Source of the DNA: Candidatus Saccharimonadota bacterium
Lineage (GTDB): Bacteria; Patescibacteriota; Gracilibacteria; BD1-5; UBA2023
Assembly (NCBI GenBank): GCA_046350815.1
Contig: JAXLZO010000001.1
Span: forward strand, 480,001-512,000
Direction: 5' to 3'
Length of the DNA stretch: 32,000 nt
The position numbers were made by a program, and so were the translations under genes. Shown here one piece after another: positions 30,052 to 32,000 of the stretch (the first letter of the stretch is position 1; the number at the start of each line of letters is the position of its first letter). The notes beneath the pieces were generated by a model. It saw only the letters and a list, made by a program, of their open reading frames with translations, was not told the DNA's origin and did no database searches.

Positions 30052-30882
30052 CTAGATCAATGAGATGCGATTTTGTGTTGCTATTTTATCGACTTCTTTG
30101 GCGAGCATGATAATATTCTCCTCTTTTCATTTTTCATCTCATATGAGAGTGCATGCCTCACACTGATCTAGTTTTTGTACTGCGATGACACTGAGAGACG
30201 TGAGTGCAGTACTGATAGCTATATATTCTGGAGCGTTTGGGTGAATTTTATCTCTCTGAAATTGGATAATTTTTTGGATTGCTTCGGAGATCTTTTGGAT
30301 TTTTGGATTGGGGTGATTTCTGAGATGTTCTTTAAATCGATCTTTGAGTAGTTGCATCCCAAGACTGGAGATATTGCGAGCTTTTTCAGCTCTATTTGCC
30401 AAGCTTTCCGCTTTTTTGATCACTGCTCATTTCTCGATGATCTTTAGTGCTTTATCTAGCACGGCAGTTATGCCTAGTACTTTTATCACGATCTCGATCG
30501 TTCATTGCCCGAATTCATATGCATTTTCTGGGATATGTGTCAAACTCTTCCATAGATTGACTATCAAACTCTTCCAATCGATAGATTGGATCTTTTGTAT
30601 AATTTCCTGGACTTTTATTTCACCCAGAGCAAGCGCGGCACCTACCTTGTCGATGATGGCATCTACCGAACCTTTAGCAAAATTTTGTGTAAATGTATTA
30701 GAGGGATCGTATCACTCCTTTCCACCTTTTACTCCAATGTATGAGTACGCCTGTTTTCGACACTCCAAAACACACCGATCTATCCGATCTTGCAGAGATT
30801 TTTCTTGATCTTGTGCAGACTCTGGAATCGGTTTTTGTTTTTTTGGAGCGAAATTAGTAGCACTATCACCAAATGATTCCAT
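30052..30882 (-). CDS. Hypothetical protein of 276 aa, helical, with no TM segment recognised.
   Basis: Manual translation extends track ORF 30139-30423 in both directions through TGA. The gene runs from ATG 30882 to TAG 30052-30054. Confidence 0.6.
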
Positions 30883-30942
30883 ACATTATCTGCAGATTTT
30901 ATCTTGCTGATAATGTATCATATGTTTTTGCTGTTGGCAAAT

Positions 30943-31731
30943 CTACCACTCCACGACGACAGGGCAATGATCTGATCCCATCATATCACTGAGATAGGTT
31001 ACTTTTGGTTTTGTTTTCTCTACAAATTTATTGTCTGCCCACCATGCATCGATCCTCCATCAGACATTTCTATCTCGAGATTTGGTGACCGGATCCCACC
31101 ATGAATACACATCTGATATGGTTGGATTCGCGGCTCTCCATACATCTTGATGACCGAGCTCTACCATACTATCGAGCCAAGATCGTTCGAGTGGATGAAA
31201 TCCTATTTTCCCATCATTTTCTTTTGGTCGAGCAAGATCAATTGGGTGATGAGCACAATTGATATCTCCTCACCAAATGACATGTTCACCACGAGCTTGG
31301 TAAATATTTGTTTGTGCTCTAAGACACTCATAGAAAGCGAGTTTATGTTGCCATGCTTCCTCGGATTTGCCACCATTTGGGAAGTAGATTCCATAGATGT
31401 GTGTGATTCCGATGTCAAGATTGAGTATTGCATGAATAATTCTTCATTCGTTCTCGACGGGATTATCGGGAAGATCATGATCGACTGATATTACTTGTGA
31501 TGCGATGCGTTCGTGAATCCAAAGTCCTACACCGCTGTATCATGCTTTTTCCGCTGAATGATAGATCGCTTTATATGGTGCTGGATGGAGTAATTCTTCT
31601 GAGAGCTGATCGGATTTTGCCTTGATTTCCTGCATAAAAATCAGATCCATATCGAGAGGATAGATATCAGAAATATGTCATTTGCGCTCGATGGCTCGTA
31701 GACCATTGACATTCCAAGAGAGGATTTTCAT
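30943..31731 (-). CDS. xthA: Exodeoxyribonuclease III (AP endonuclease, EEP family).
   Basis: This gene is not in the track as a single ORF. Manual translation runs from ATG 31731 to TAG 30943-30945. It gives MKILSWNVNGLRA...FMQEIK...GYSGVGLW...VIWGGDINCAHHPIDL...WRIDAWWA...GSDHCPVVVEW. Confidence 0.9.
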
Positions 31732-31739
31732 AGTGGGAA

Positions 31740-32000
31740 TTATTGAGAAATGTGTGCAAAAATATCTGGAGCAAGCTCTCGCAGAAGAATAGCCATTCGC
31801 ATAAAGACACCAGTCTGCACTTGGTCGAAATATCGAGCCTGTGGAAGCGAATCAATCTCGTGAGGTATCTCAGCAAGACGAGGGAGCGGATGCATGATGA
31901 TCGCATTATCTTTCAGAAGTGCTGCACGTTCAGGTGTGAGAGTAAAATCCGAGAAAGCACTATCGAAATTTGTATCTTCCGGAAGTCGCTCTTTTTGTAA
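31740..32000 (-). CDS. pyrB: Aspartate carbamoyltransferase catalytic subunit, C-terminal 86 aa (5' end outside the window).
   Basis: The minus-strand frame is open to the window edge. It gives ...AIIMHPLPRLAEIPHEIDSLPQARYFDQVQTGVFMRMAILL..., ending at TAA 31740-31742, 8 nt before the xth start. Confidence 0.8.
   Translation of the reverse strand, partial: LQKERLPEDTNFDSAFSDFTLTPERAALLKDNAIIMHPLPRLAEIPHEIDSLPQARYFDQVQTGVFMRMAILLRELAPDIFAHISQ

Overview
AT-rich bacterial chromosomal segment that is only interpretable under genetic code 25 (TGA = Gly). Every conserved gene (pyrG, aspS, class-B PBP, xth, tlyA, ilvE-like, both IS transposases) is split in the standard-code ORF track by in-frame TGA, and these fall where homologues carry glycine. 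Every gene I could close ends in TAA or TAG. This points to a Gracilibacteria/Absconditabacteria-type (CPR) genome. Re-joining the fragments gives 30 CDS, two apparently intact insertion sequences (IS1595-like and IS30-like), several intrinsic terminators and sigma70-like promoters, and no rRNA, tRNA or CRISPR. The most interesting items are listed here. (1) A T-box-like antiterminator/terminator leader on the minus strand heads a compact unit of MazG-like pyrophosphohydrolase, three tandem diverged GNAT acetyltransferases and aspS, closed by a terminator. (2) A 747-aa protein fuses a type IV pilin N-terminus to BspA-like leucine-rich repeats. (3) A stand-alone promoter-to-terminator small-RNA candidate carries an anti-Shine-Dalgarno-like loop. 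(4) One envelope hydrolase combines a lytic transglycosylase and an amidase domain. (5) A PriA-like protein is truncated and degenerate. (6) A lone 2-oxoacid:ferredoxin oxidoreductase beta-subunit gene overlaps a GNAT gene. (7) A membrane protein with His-rich termini sits next to a CorC/CNNM transporter. Functional calls rest on motif recognition by eye; no database searches were run.
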